Source: Balanoglossus misakiensis (taxonomy: Eukaryota; Animalia; Hemichordata). From it: 64,000 nt of DNA. Numbering within the stretch: the stretch's first letter is position 1; the number at the start of each line of letters is the position of its first letter. The notes beneath the pieces are model-generated. The model was not told the DNA's origin. It made no database searches and saw only the letters and a program-made list of their open reading frames with translations. Positions 1 through 11,047 of the stretch are shown in pieces. The stretch spans positions 2,090,831-2,154,830 of the forward strand of contig CM082578.2 of the NCBI GenBank assembly GCA_040954595.2. The letters are read 5' to 3'. The position numbers were made by a program, and so were the translations under genes.

Positions 1-338
1 TGACCTTTTGACCTCTACTGACCTCAATTCAAAACGAATTACCACCAAAATATATTATATTGGTAGAGTTCTAAAAAACACACAATTTGAGTGGTAAATG
101 ACTGTTCTGGCTTTAGTTTTGCTGGAGTTACAGCAATTTAAAGTTCCCCTACCCCCAAAATTTGGGTCGGAAATTTTTATGTTCTTATATTAGTTTTTGA
201 GGGAAAAAATGCAGAAAGCTACTCGATAGGCAGGGCTATCACCCCAATTCATAATCTAGAGATATAGGCCTTTCCAAAAAACCACATGAGGCTTTGTCCA
301 TCTTTCTGATACCAAATTCCTGTCTGGCCCATGGACTA
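1..338. mobile_element. Possible right end of a DNA transposon (...GGCCCATGGACTA terminus, Academ-like TAG/CTA end)
   Basis: The sequence ends in CTGTCTGGCCCATGGACTA before unrelated AT-rich DNA. The partner end would lie outside the window, so TIR and TSD cannot be verified. Confidence 0.25.
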
Positions 339-714
339 AGAGAGAAGTATACTAGTTATCGCTTGAATTTCATGTTTCGTTTTATTCAGATGTAGTCAAC
401 ATTCATTTCAACAAGTCTATAACATGATTTTGAAATGATTTTCAAAAGTACACAATTCCATATGAAAATGTTACTTTTAGATTTGTAAATTTTTCTGTGT
501 GTTTGAGTTCAAGTGCATAGGCTGACTCAAACATTCTTTGCATCAACATTTACCGTCCTTTCAAAAATCCTGCCTGTAGTCCAGGTTTTACATTTGCACT
601 TAATAGCATTATAACACCATCATGTCATCCACATGTTACCCTCATAGCCAGTCACAGTGTGTATATTGTGATTCATGAAGTACATGCTGTTCTACAGATT
701 TTTTTGTGGAGATG

Positions 715-814
<100 letters not shown>

Positions 815-846
815 CAACCGATAGACAAACAGACTGCTTGATAATA

Positions 847-1826
847 CAGTGAAACCTGTCTATTAAGGAAACCTCTAGCTCTGGGACTGGAAAATGTGTC
901 CTTAATAGGGAGGTATCCTTAATAGACAGGTTGTATTCTATTCAAACTGTGACTTTTGTCATGAAAAAAATGTCCTTAAGATGGGTCCCTAGGATCTTTT
1001 TGCTCGTTGCTATGGGCCTTTATAGGACACTACACTCAATTTTGATCGAAACCGTTATGAACGTCTGACAAGGGGCTTGTAACTAGTTAAAAATATACAC
1101 GATTGTGTGCACACCCCCTGTCTGAGATGTTTACGGCAGCTACCGCCCGGCCATAGGCCGCCACGCTAATACGGCAAAGCAGCGGTCAGCGATAGCGTGC
1201 GCGTCCTGTAACCACAGTAACTGGATCGAACGCTAAAAATCCAATGTTTTGTACACAGAGATTTTGTACCGTTCACGAAAATCCCTAAGGCTTTTTTCAC
1301 AGGCGACGTAGGCCAGTCAAATTTGACCTGCTTGTTGAGAACGCACTTCCGCATAGTGTGACGGATCGTTTTTTCGGTTTTCGTCGTGCTAAGAAGCGAT
1401 ACCAGTGGAAGAGTGCGTCCAAAAACACCCAAAATCGATGACTTTTTCAGGTGTGGTACGGGTATGCTGAAATCGTAGGATACAACGATAATATTCGAAA
1501 ACAAAATCCGTCACGATCTTCCCTGGTTCAAGCAACTAATGAATACGTATCAAGTTCGTTTTTGAGGTCACGGAATAAAAAGCCTTAGGCTTTTGAAATT
1601 CGACCTAACTAATTTGCATATCAATGGCGTCAGGGGGCGCGCGCTCACAATCGTGCGTATTTTTAACTAGTTACCAGCCCCTTGTTAGACTCTAAAAACG
1701 GCTTAGTCCAAATCGGGGTGTAATGTCCTATAAAGGCCCATAGCAACGGGCAAAAAGATCCTAGTGACCCATCTTAATAGAGAGGTGTCCTGATTAGAGA
1801 GGTGTCTGTAATGACAGGTTTCACTG
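847..1826. mobile_element. Tc1/mariner-type MITE, split by a nested insertion
   Basis: TIR CAGTGAAACCTGTC (847) and GACAGGTTTCACTG (ends 1826), with TA on both flanks and internal GTGTCC(T)TAATA repeats. Confidence 0.85.
980..1773. mobile_element. Non-autonomous TTAA-targeting DNA transposon (Kolobok-like) nested in the MITE
   Basis: TTAA at 976-979 and 1774-1777. Imperfect TIRs of about 140 bp begin GATGGGTC(C/A)CTAGGATCTTTTTGC. The purine-purine terminus fits Kolobok rather than piggyBac (CCC). Confidence 0.75.
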
Positions 1827-2002
1827 TATGCTCTGACTGATCGCAAAAGCTGAAACTTTTATGTGTTTGTAGATACAACACAAAGGAACTAAAAATAAGG
1901 CATTCACATAGGGACCATTGAAAGGTTTCTGAAACATCTCAACTCAAATATTGACATAAAATATGTGAACAGTTTAAGTCTTCCTGGAACGTTTCAGCTT
2001 TA

Positions 2003-2614
2003 GTGCCTTTCACACGTGCCGTCAACGCAGCCCCAGCGGCGGCCCTAGGGCGGCGTTAATTTGTAAGTGCCACGTGTGAAAAGGTGAGAGCGGCCCTGCG
2101 CCGGTCTTTTTCGGATGGTGTTGAGGGGTGGGACCTGGGTCGGGGCGCCGCACTAAGCAGCGATTCAAATCACGTGTGAACAGAAACACCGCACTAAACG
2201 CCGATCTAAACGCACTCTGCCGATGCGGTTTGTCTCATTAAGCGCCGCATTAAGCGTTGAGGTTCACTTTACTAAAACAATGGCCGAAGCAGTGTCTCGA
2301 GGCAACAATTGGAGTGACGCGGAAATGGCCAAGGCACATACACAGGAATTGCAAACTCGACCTCCGACGACGATTTTGTAGCATGGACTGCAGTCTTCCA
2401 ATCGCAACCTCCAATGAAAGGTTACCATAAACGGGTATCGGGTCATTCAAATGCCCATGAAATCGGCGTCGACGACGTTTAAAAAGCTAATTCAAGAGTA
2501 CCATATACAGTAAACACATCACTGGATCCGCCATAGTGTCTCAAATTTTTCCCTGCCTGAACCTGGTATCTGAAATGTTTCTCATTTTACCCAGTGTAAA
2601 CACGGTGAAAGACA
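2003..2614. mobile_element. Internally deleted PIF/Harbinger remnant
   Basis: GTGCCTTTCACACGTG terminus with a degenerate partner near 2601-2614. The + strand ATG at 2280 gives MAEAVSRGNNWSDAE (Myb/SANT-like start). A convergent - strand relic MADPVMCLL..KRRRRR resembles a transposase N-terminus. Confidence 0.5.
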
Positions 2615-2841
2615 AAATGTCCTATATCTGTATAACATAGATCATAAATTTATAATACACTTGGTCTGATTGCAGCTCTGTAATTGGTTGAAGCAAGGGT
2701 TTACATTCTCTACTAGAAGACCTGAACAGTAAATAACTGAAATAAAATACACAGAAGAGAATGCACCTGAATAGTCATGTTTCATAAGTCAGGTCAATGA
2801 CATATGTACTGACATCTGTGATTGGTCCATCTGGTAATCTT

Positions 2842-3112
2842 AAGTCCACTTGCAGCACGCTGATTGGAGGGACCTTATGTGTTAGGTCTTATTATTATGT
2901 ATTATTCATTAGACCTTGTAGGTTAGGTCTTATTACTATGTATTATTCACTTTACAGCTCCCTGATTGGTTAATGTGTAGGTCTGGTCCTCCAGCGTTCA
3001 CTGCCTCATTATGGAGGACCTTGTAGGTTAGGTCTTATTAATATGTATTTATTCAATTTTCAGCTCCCTGATAGGTTAATGTGTAGGTCTCCAGTTTTCA
3101 CTGCCTCGTTAT
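2842..3112. repeat. Left subterminal repeat array of the Pangu-like element
   Basis: Units containing TAGGTCTTATTACTATGTATTATTCACTTTACAGCTCCCTGATTGGTTAA; the reverse complement of 8135-8446. Confidence 0.9.
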
Positions 3113-3752
3113 GCAAAGTCTTTTGTACTTTCTGAATACTGTTGTCGTATTCTGTCTGGCATGCTGCCTGCGCGTGGTCGAAGCTCGCGATCGATCCCAG
3201 TGTATAAAGAAAGGCACTCATATAATGATTGGATTTCACCTTGTTTCATAATTCCTTCACTATTCATGGCATTTTATGTGATACTGTGAACTAGATACTC
3301 GAAAAAAACATTGCCATGAGAAATTTTGTATTTTATTTCCTGTGGGGGTTTAGTGTTTTGTTACGTAATGCCTTTCAGCGCGTCACTTCGTGTAGCACCT
3401 GGCTGAATACGAAGCTTAGGCTGTGCAATTCATTCGAGCAAACCAAATAAATCTTAGAATAGAAATGTTTAGAATAGCATTGCATTGCTTTGGGACACCT
3501 CGTTAGTTGCTTTACGGGTATGATTACTTTTTAATTTTACTTCTTTCACGAAGCTGCACATAGTTCCCGATTTTTTTAGGAAAGCAATACGAATGTCTAC
3601 GAATTACGGACAACGTGCTCCTTATCACAACATCTTCGTCAAAACTCAATTACTTTAATAACAATAATAATAATAATGAAAAGTAGGTGTATAATAAAAA
3701 TTACTGGTAGTATTATACCAAAAATGAACTAAAATACGTTGTAAAAAAATGT

Positions 3753-4870
3753 TCAAAGTCCATCTAAATGCTCGTTCAATCTCTCCAACGTGCGGTGGAT
3801 GTTGGCAATCTTATCTGGAAGGTCATTCCTTAAAAAAATAATGTATAACTCGTGGGCTTCCCGGACGAGTTGATACAGCCGCACTCTACCCTGTCGTGGT
3901 TGCTGCCTATCGGGAAGGGGTTCTTCCGGCAAGGGGATGTCCGTTGCGTCCGCAGCATCAGCAGGGTCTTCTGCTGGTCCGGGCACAGGCTCTTCCCGTT
4001 GATCAAATGGGTAGTGATATGGATCGGGAACCATCATAGGAACAGGTCCAGGGGCCTGTCTTTCCGGCAATGGTGGCACAACCGGAACAGGCGGCTGAAT
4101 TGGCTGTCCACCAGCCTGAGCCTGGACCACCCCTGGCATGAGTGGTACATGTACAGCAGTGGTACATGTACAGCAGCTGCCAGCAACTGCGGCTGGCCTC
4201 CTTGCTGTCTGGCTCTTCTCTCATCGGGGGAAGCTAGTGCCGCATAGCGCATCTCTTGCTCTCTCATTTGACGAGCACTGTAATGATAAAAAAACGAACA
4301 ATATCAGTTTCTGGATGTGAGAGAACAAAGGTACTACTCAGGCCAAGAAAAATGCGTAGCCAGTAACACTACCGATCTTATTTTAAACACTGTCTGACCC
4401 TATATGTTAATTTCGCCATTTCACAGAAAATCCCGCGAAATGACGACAGATTAGCGGGAAATTTGAAATCAAACGTAATTGCCACCACTATTCTATCAAG
4501 GGTTTTGGTCTGTATGTATTCCCCAGAAGATACATCAGGCCGGCAACAAAAAACGTTCTGTTTGTACATACTAGCTATATTATTACTGACGTCAAGTTCT
4601 CAAAATAATCTATAAAAAATTGACAACTCACCCAGCTACACGCCTTATCACAATATTGCGAACACGTCGCCGTAGTTGTCGCATGAGACCGTTGGTGTAC
4701 AGCCTCACGGTTTCTTCCGGCAAACCACTTTGTATCATCAAGCGAGGGGGTTGCCTGATAAAACGGACGATGGCGTCATAATCAGTATTATGGACTCGCA
4801 TTCCGGCAGAAACTAGTCCGATTTCGGCTTCTGTTACAGGAACGCGTGCTACACGTGGTGTTGCAGCCAT
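3753..4870 (-). pseudogene. Accessory protein gene of the Pangu-like element (2 exons: 4870-4632 and 4277-3753), frameshifted by a 17-bp duplication
   Basis: ATG at 4870, GG|GTGAGT donor and TTACAG acceptor in matching phase 2. Removing one copy of AGTGGTACATGTACAGC (4141-4174) fuses the ORFs into about 248 aa: helical N-terminus, Pro-rich linker, amphipathic C-terminal helix. Confidence 0.8.
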
Positions 4871-5140
4871 GTTGGTTGTTGAGAAAGACAAAAGTTTTAC
4901 ATTGAGAGATGACCACCGTGATATTTGGACTACGAGCACCTGTTTAACTTTGAATTTACAATAGGAATTGACCAATCAAAACTAAACTGTAGAAAACGCT
5001 TCACGTTTGCAGTGATCTTTGTAATGCAAATCCTCAGGAGATCTTCAAACATGGTGATTGTGTTGGCCTTTATGAACGTAACCAGATATAGAAGGTCATC
5101 AATACTATCATAGGAGCATAATGAAAGACTCGTATTATGT

Positions 5141-5142
<2 letters not shown>

Positions 5143-5193
<51 letters not shown>
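5143..5193. repeat. (TCA)n microsatellite
   Basis: About 17 TCA units. Confidence 0.95.
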
Positions 5194-6230
5194 AGATGTG
5201 TGATGAAATAAATGTGTATAGCCGACGCACTTAATTTGGAGACAAAATGAATAGAATGATCTCTTGGGGACAAAATGCTGACTCAGGTTTTTTTCTCGGA
5301 GTTACAATGCATGGTCTTGTGTCTCACAAATGAGTGCGGTGACCCTCGTATTTTATTTCAGATTTTGATAACGGGGACAAAGAAGAATCCCAAAACCGAC
5401 TATTTGGAGAAATGTCAATACTTTCACTTTTACCACTCATACATTTTCTTAACTCGTGACAAATTTTCGCTGGTATAACCATGGTAAAATAAACTTAGGG
5501 CTTCAGAGTATGAAAATATCAGTGCCATTTTTACTGAAAGCCGATTTCCATTTTTGTCAAAGTGTTTTGTGGAGAACAGAACAACTCTGCAAATTTAGAA
5601 AACAAAATTTAATAGGAAATATTGTGGAGCAAAATTGTTCGGTCATCACGTTTCTTCAGTGGATCTTTAGGGTTGGAACTTTCTGAGGAGATCTCTGTAA
5701 AAATTAAGCACGGTGGCAAAGTTTTTATTTTATTTATTTTATCAGAATAGTTTTTCAAGGTAAATTTTAAATTACAGTAGTAAGTTCCATTTATTTTACG
5801 TACAATCCTATTGACAAGTATATGTCGACCATGGGTAGTTCCCACAGAGCAACGAAATTACTCAAATGCAGACTTGTGTATATTATATAGCTGGTTTCAG
5901 ATACGCCAGTGTACTTACATGATTAAAGTTTTTTGTCTAGTAGACACGTGACATTCTCATAATAGTTCCTGTGATTTGGTATTTGTTTTAAATTCACACT
6001 GCATTAATCAACTCCATAGAATTGGTGGACTCAGTTTGAAACCTACGAAGTTATATTTCGGGTAGAAGCAACTATCATTTTTGGCCCTAAAGCACCTGTA
6101 ATTTATGTCTAACTAATTTCACGGTTATGATTGGTAGGAAAGGTTGTTGACACCTGTTCTATGGAAAGCTTTCATGTCTAAATACTGACTCATCGGACTA
6201 CAATCACTCCAGTTGAAAGTCTACATCAAT

Positions 6231-7346
6231 ATGTCGCTGCAACGCAATCACGTTGTCTTGATGATTTCGCAACTTCTCAGCTTACTTGCTACCTTGCAGT
6301 TCATTTCTGTGGCTATCCATCCTCCCATTTATTGTGAAGAAGAATTGCGTATGCTAACACAATCTGGTGAAACAGAACTATTACTGCTGCTTCTCACACT
6401 TCTTTTGTCTGTTTCGCGTCCACCAATGGAACAACCGCCGGACATTTACAGACTACTCTTCCCGGACAACAACGGTAATAACGACACACATGGTATCGAC
6501 GTCTGGAGCTCATTGTCTCAAAGACCACGCTACTTGTGGTTTTTGACAGGAGAGACGGTTCCGTCATTTGAAGCCATTGTTAGAGATCTGGAACCGCGGC
6601 TCCGCAATCGAGGTGACGTAAATGGATCTTCCGGGCGACCATTTTCTCTGGACCCACAAAATCGTTTTTTGTTGATTTTCGTTTGGTTAAGACATTACCC
6701 CACTTTGGATTTATTGGCAGCTTGGTTTGGAGTAAGCAGAGGGACTGCAAACAGAGAAATTTACCATATTTTGCCTTTACTTTGGCATTACTTTCGCCGC
6801 ATGGTACGATGGCCTACGATGCAACGTTGCCATCGGTTACGAGGTCAGTGGGATTTCTTTCCGGATGCCATCGGTACAATACCGACCCGAATCTGAAGGC
6901 CAATACAATAACCTCTTTTACAGCGGGTATGCAAGATATCATTGCATGAGCACTCAAGTCTTTGTGGACAACCAGGGGAGCATTATACACATCCAATCTG
7001 GATTTCTTGGTCATGCTAACGATGCAGCACAATTCCAGCTACTGGAGAATTGCCGATTCCACGTGAAACTTACTTGTTGGCTGATCAGGGTTATCCAAAC
7101 AGATATCCACTGCTAACGAGGTACCCATCCCGTCAACTCGTCGGCCCATTTCGCCTGGAGAAGCGAGTTTTTAATCGAGAGTTCAATCAAGCCCGTGTGA
7201 ATATCGAACACAGCATTAAGTATATCAAAACATATCGAGTAACTAGCGAAATATATCGCCATCCTCGTTGGTTTATGCCAGTTATTGTCGAAGTATGTAC
7301 ATTCTTGGCACAGAGACACATTAACTTGTATCATAACTTAAGGTAG
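6231..7346 (+). pseudogene. IS5/PHIS-family transposase (HTH_Tnp_4 + DDE_Tnp_4), two frameshifting deletions
   Basis: LLIFVWLRHYPTLDLLAAWFGVSRGT (HTH), YSGY..H, GHANDA, LLADQGY and ARVNIEH are spread over three frames. The expected first catalytic Asp after AIGTI (about 6880) is missing. Confidence 0.9.
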
Positions 7347-8134
7347 TATCTGTTCGCCGACGGCAATGAGACATAATTATTTATTGTATTTTTTGACATT
7401 AAGGTCTTTTATTCTGAACATCTGAGACATTCTGAACATTTCGAGCCAATTGTATGTATTGTGTATAACACACGTAAAGAGATTTTGTTTACCGTTTTTT
7501 GATATGCATTCGGATTTTTTTGGATTAAATCACATTTTTGACTTGTTATAATAATGGTAATGTGTAATTTTCGTATCTCTGTGGTAAGGAGAATTTAGTG
7601 AAAATTTCAGAGCGTTGGCTAACTTATCAGAAAATTATGGGCTGAATATTGTAAAAAAAATTCGGGAAGGTGCAAAATAGGACAAATTTTCCATTTTAGG
7701 ACGTAATATTCAAAATGAAAATCACGGAAATCACTTTTTCAGTATATAAATTGGGATCGTATATGTCGGGTATGACCGGTACAACTGACCCACGAGAATC
7801 AAGGAGGGCTTGCACTAACTGGTCAGTCGACTGCGAACATCTGTTCTCACACGGCCACAATTTTCGAGTAGCCCCATATGTTTCCTTGAAGCTCTATTGT
7901 TCCCGCTTGTCATTCACAGCCCTCGCTGTTGTACATGCGGCCAATGCGCCAGTCAAATGGAAAAAAAACGTGTAGTTTGTATCCGTAAGCAGCAATAGGA
8001 AACACCAAGCCAACGTGCCTTGTAATGCATTAGGGGACAGAGAGAAGTATTAAGCATGAAAATTCAACGCATGAAGATTGTCTGGCATGTTTCGTTGTAA
8101 CTTTATGTCGAGTCGCGGAAATCACTACAGCTGT

Positions 8135-8446
8135 ATAACGTGGCAGTGAAAACTGGAGACCTACGCATTAACCAATCAGGGAGCTGTAAAGTGAATAATA
8201 CATAGTAATAAGACATAACCTATAATGAGGTAGTGAACACCTGAGGACCAGACCTACACTTTAACCAATCAGGGAGCTGTAAAGTGAATAATACATAGTA
8301 ATAAGACCTAACCTATAATGAGGTAGTGAACACCGGAGGACCAGACCTACACTTTAACCAATCAGGGAGCTGTAAAGTGAATAATACATAGTAATAAGAC
8401 CTAACACATAAGGTCCCTCCAATCAGCGTGCCACAAGTGGACCTTA
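8135..8446. repeat. Right subterminal repeat array (about 90-bp units x3) of the Pangu-like element
   Basis: Tandem AACCAATCAGGGAGCTGTAAAGTGAATAATACATAGTAATAAGAC units, inverted relative to 2842-3112. Confidence 0.9.
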
Positions 8447-9068
8447 GAGAAGCGGATGAACCAATCAGAACATGTAATACATGTGCATAGGACCTGTAAT
8501 GTAGATCATTTTGAAACAGGACTAATAGAACACAGTTTATAAACTTGGATTGGTCATGGGCATCAAGGCGCTCTACTTAAGAAATTCTACAACATGTTTG
8601 TACAAGTGGCATTTTACATGAGCAATGAGGCCTTTCTGGCATGTAATACTTAAAATCAAAACATCAGATTTTTTATCACGCAAAATCATATTATAAATGA
8701 CATTTTAAATGGTGTGCACTTATATTTGGTTACGGATTTAAAACCTCTTTGATGAAAATTTTGCCGAGAGGTCTTTTGTCTACAACCAAATACCCACTAT
8801 GTACATATCATTCAGATTGCTCAATACTTATCAACAAGTTCACCAGTGGTTTCCAGAAATCTATGGAGTACCATATGCCATTTTCATTGTGCCTCCCCCC
8901 ATCTATTTCAATACAATAAATAATGGCTGGCTTGATTTTTCCCCAGGACTTTTGAAGAATAGTTTTTGTTCAAGATATAGACAACATTCCAGATGTGTAT
9001 GAAAACTCAAAGGAAAATAATACATTTGACCTGTCACCAGTTGTGAATAAAGTAAATATTTTCATAAA

Positions 9069-9644
9069 CTACATATTATAATCAAATTTAAACTCGTATG
9101 TGATGAATAATCGTCTCAACATAAGAGCTGCTAAGGCTAGACTTAACAGCACGATCAACACGAAAGAATTGCTATTTTCTTGCTGATGTATCTGGCGATT
9201 ATTTTGATTTGATTGTGTGTCGTTTCTTCTTCTGGGTTGCTCATACCCTTGCTGGCTGACATTTCTTTGTCTTATGTTTGTCTCTGTGGTAGCATTGTCA
9301 TTGGCATTTCTCTGGGAAGTGTTTTCAGTGTTGGCAGTTGCAGGTTCTGGTGCTAGGGGAGTGTTGACATATGCATGGGGTGTTGCATCGGCTGGCGGTT
9401 GAACGGTGTTGTCGTTGTTTGATGCCGCCTCTCTGTGTTGCGGCGGCTGTCCAGCTCCTGCAAACGCAGCATACTGAGACACGAATGGGTTCGGGTATGA
9501 CATCTGCTGGAAGTGTTGCTGGTATGCTGCGGCTGGATAGGGTGGGAGTTGTTGGTTCGCAGCAGCTACAGGCTGGGGTGTGTCTGTACTTGTGCTTGTT
9601 GTGGCAGTATCATCAGAGGTTGCTGTGCTTTTCTTTGTCTCTTC
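9069..9644 (-). CDS. UBE2J1: Terminal coding exon of ubiquitin-conjugating enzyme E2 J1-like (tail-anchored ER E2)
   Basis: Acceptor TTTTTATCCTCCACAG|GAA, phase 0, open for 191 codons. The C-terminus VLIVLLSLALAALMLRRLFITYEFKFDYNM closely resembles the UBE2J1 membrane anchor (VLIVILTLALAALIFRRIYL..EYIFD). The UBC-domain exons were not found in the window. Confidence 0.8.
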   Translation of the reverse strand, partial: EETKKSTATSDDTATTSTSTDTPQPVAAANQQLPPYPAAAYQQHFQQMSYPNPFVSQYAAFAGAGQPPQHREAASNNDNTVQPPADATPHAYVNTPLAPEPATANTENTSQRNANDNATTETNIRQRNVSQQGYEQPRRRNDTQSNQNNRQIHQQENSNSFVLIVLLSLALAALMLRRLFITYEFKFDYNM

Positions 9645-10424
9645 CTGTGGAGGATAAAAAGAACGCAGTGTTTTTGCAAAGGTCGGGGAACATTGGTAAT
9701 GGATTTGGGAACCCCGTTAATATTCCTATAACCCCTAAAGGCCGAGTTACACGAGGCAACTCGGCAGGCAACTCGGTGGGCAACTCGACGCGCAACGCCA
9801 GTCGCGTCGCTACTGCGAACGGTTACACTGGGCGACTCAACTGGCAACTCGCAGCGCGTGAACAGGACTGCGCATGTGCAGAAGCCCTATCATCGTATGT
9901 AAACAATAGGAAAGGTAAGTTTCGCCCTGTCGCTCAATATTTTTTTGATTCCTTCTTATCTATTGTTGATTTTAGGATCTGTGTGCAGGGATTATTTGCA
10001 AAATACCGTTGCAAGCTCAATCATTGCTTTAATATGTACTTTGCAGTTCACGTACTGTCGAAATTCAACACTCTACAGTACGTACGCATGTGTATATGGC
10101 CGGCAATGCATACACTCTGTGCAATGTGCTTACACTTAGTTTTTTTATGCTACTTTACGTGTGATTGTACCGTACCTACCGCTTGTAGCAATGACACCAG
10201 AGAACGCTCAAGCTGAGAAGGGACGACGCCACAATGTTTATAATGTTATCCGTATTTTTTGAGAATTAAATAATTATATAAAGCTTATGCACTACAATTG
10301 TTGTCAAAGCATTAAATGACCAAATGTTATAGATACAAGTACATGGTTGTTTTGTTTGTTTTTTAATTTTAAGATCATGTCATATAATAACGTTGTGTGT
10401 TTATTTTTACGACACTTCACGAAG

Positions 10425-10967
10425 ATGAATGACATACAGGAAGATTTTCTGGTAATTCTGGCAACTGCAACTGCCTACTTATTCCAAGAGAGAAATAAGA
10501 AAAAGAAAAGGAAAAGGTGAATAATTTATAATTATGAGTAAAATGAATGTGATATTTTACTTAATAGCTTTGTAAATCCAGTTTTTGTATGCATGTGTCT
10601 CAACATATAACTTCCTGAATTACCAAGATTTTTTAAATTTTATTTATGGAACTGTTGACATGTACAATTCACATATTTACAGAAAACTTTGGTGTAGGCC
10701 TTGGCTGTTACGGAGACCACAACTGGGATGGTATCACACTCTCATTCAAGAGTTAAGATTAGAGGACCCAAGATGCTACAAGAATTTTTTGAGGGTCAAT
10801 TACACAGGGTTTTCAGATTTGCTAACCCTAATAGAAGACAGAATCCATGAGGTCATCAATATCTCCAGGGGAACGGTTGGCTGTAACCCTCCGGTTTTTG
10901 GCAACAGGTATACAAATGTGCTACAGCTTTTATCATTACACATGTGAGTGTGTGTGTGTGTGTGAGC

Positions 10968-11047
<80 letters not shown>

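Larger units (their letters stand above)
2773..8523. mobile_element. PHIS-clan DNA transposon, Pangu-like (two divergent genes), defective copy
   Basis: Termini AGTCATGTTTCATAA and TTTTGAAACAGGACT, flanked on both sides by AAT (2770-2772, 8524-8526). Long inverted subterminal repeats enclose a DDE_Tnp_4-type transposase and a second gene. Confidence 0.8.

Noticed and set aside
8135-8446. Regularly spaced repeats next to a transposase gene (possible guide array)
   Set aside because: The whole unit of about 90 bp is repeated with no variable spacers, and it is mirrored at the other end of the element, so these are subterminal repeats.
9371-10216. 281-aa + strand ORF
   Set aside because: It is antisense to the UBE2J1 exon, runs across the Harbinger TIR and has no recognisable domain.
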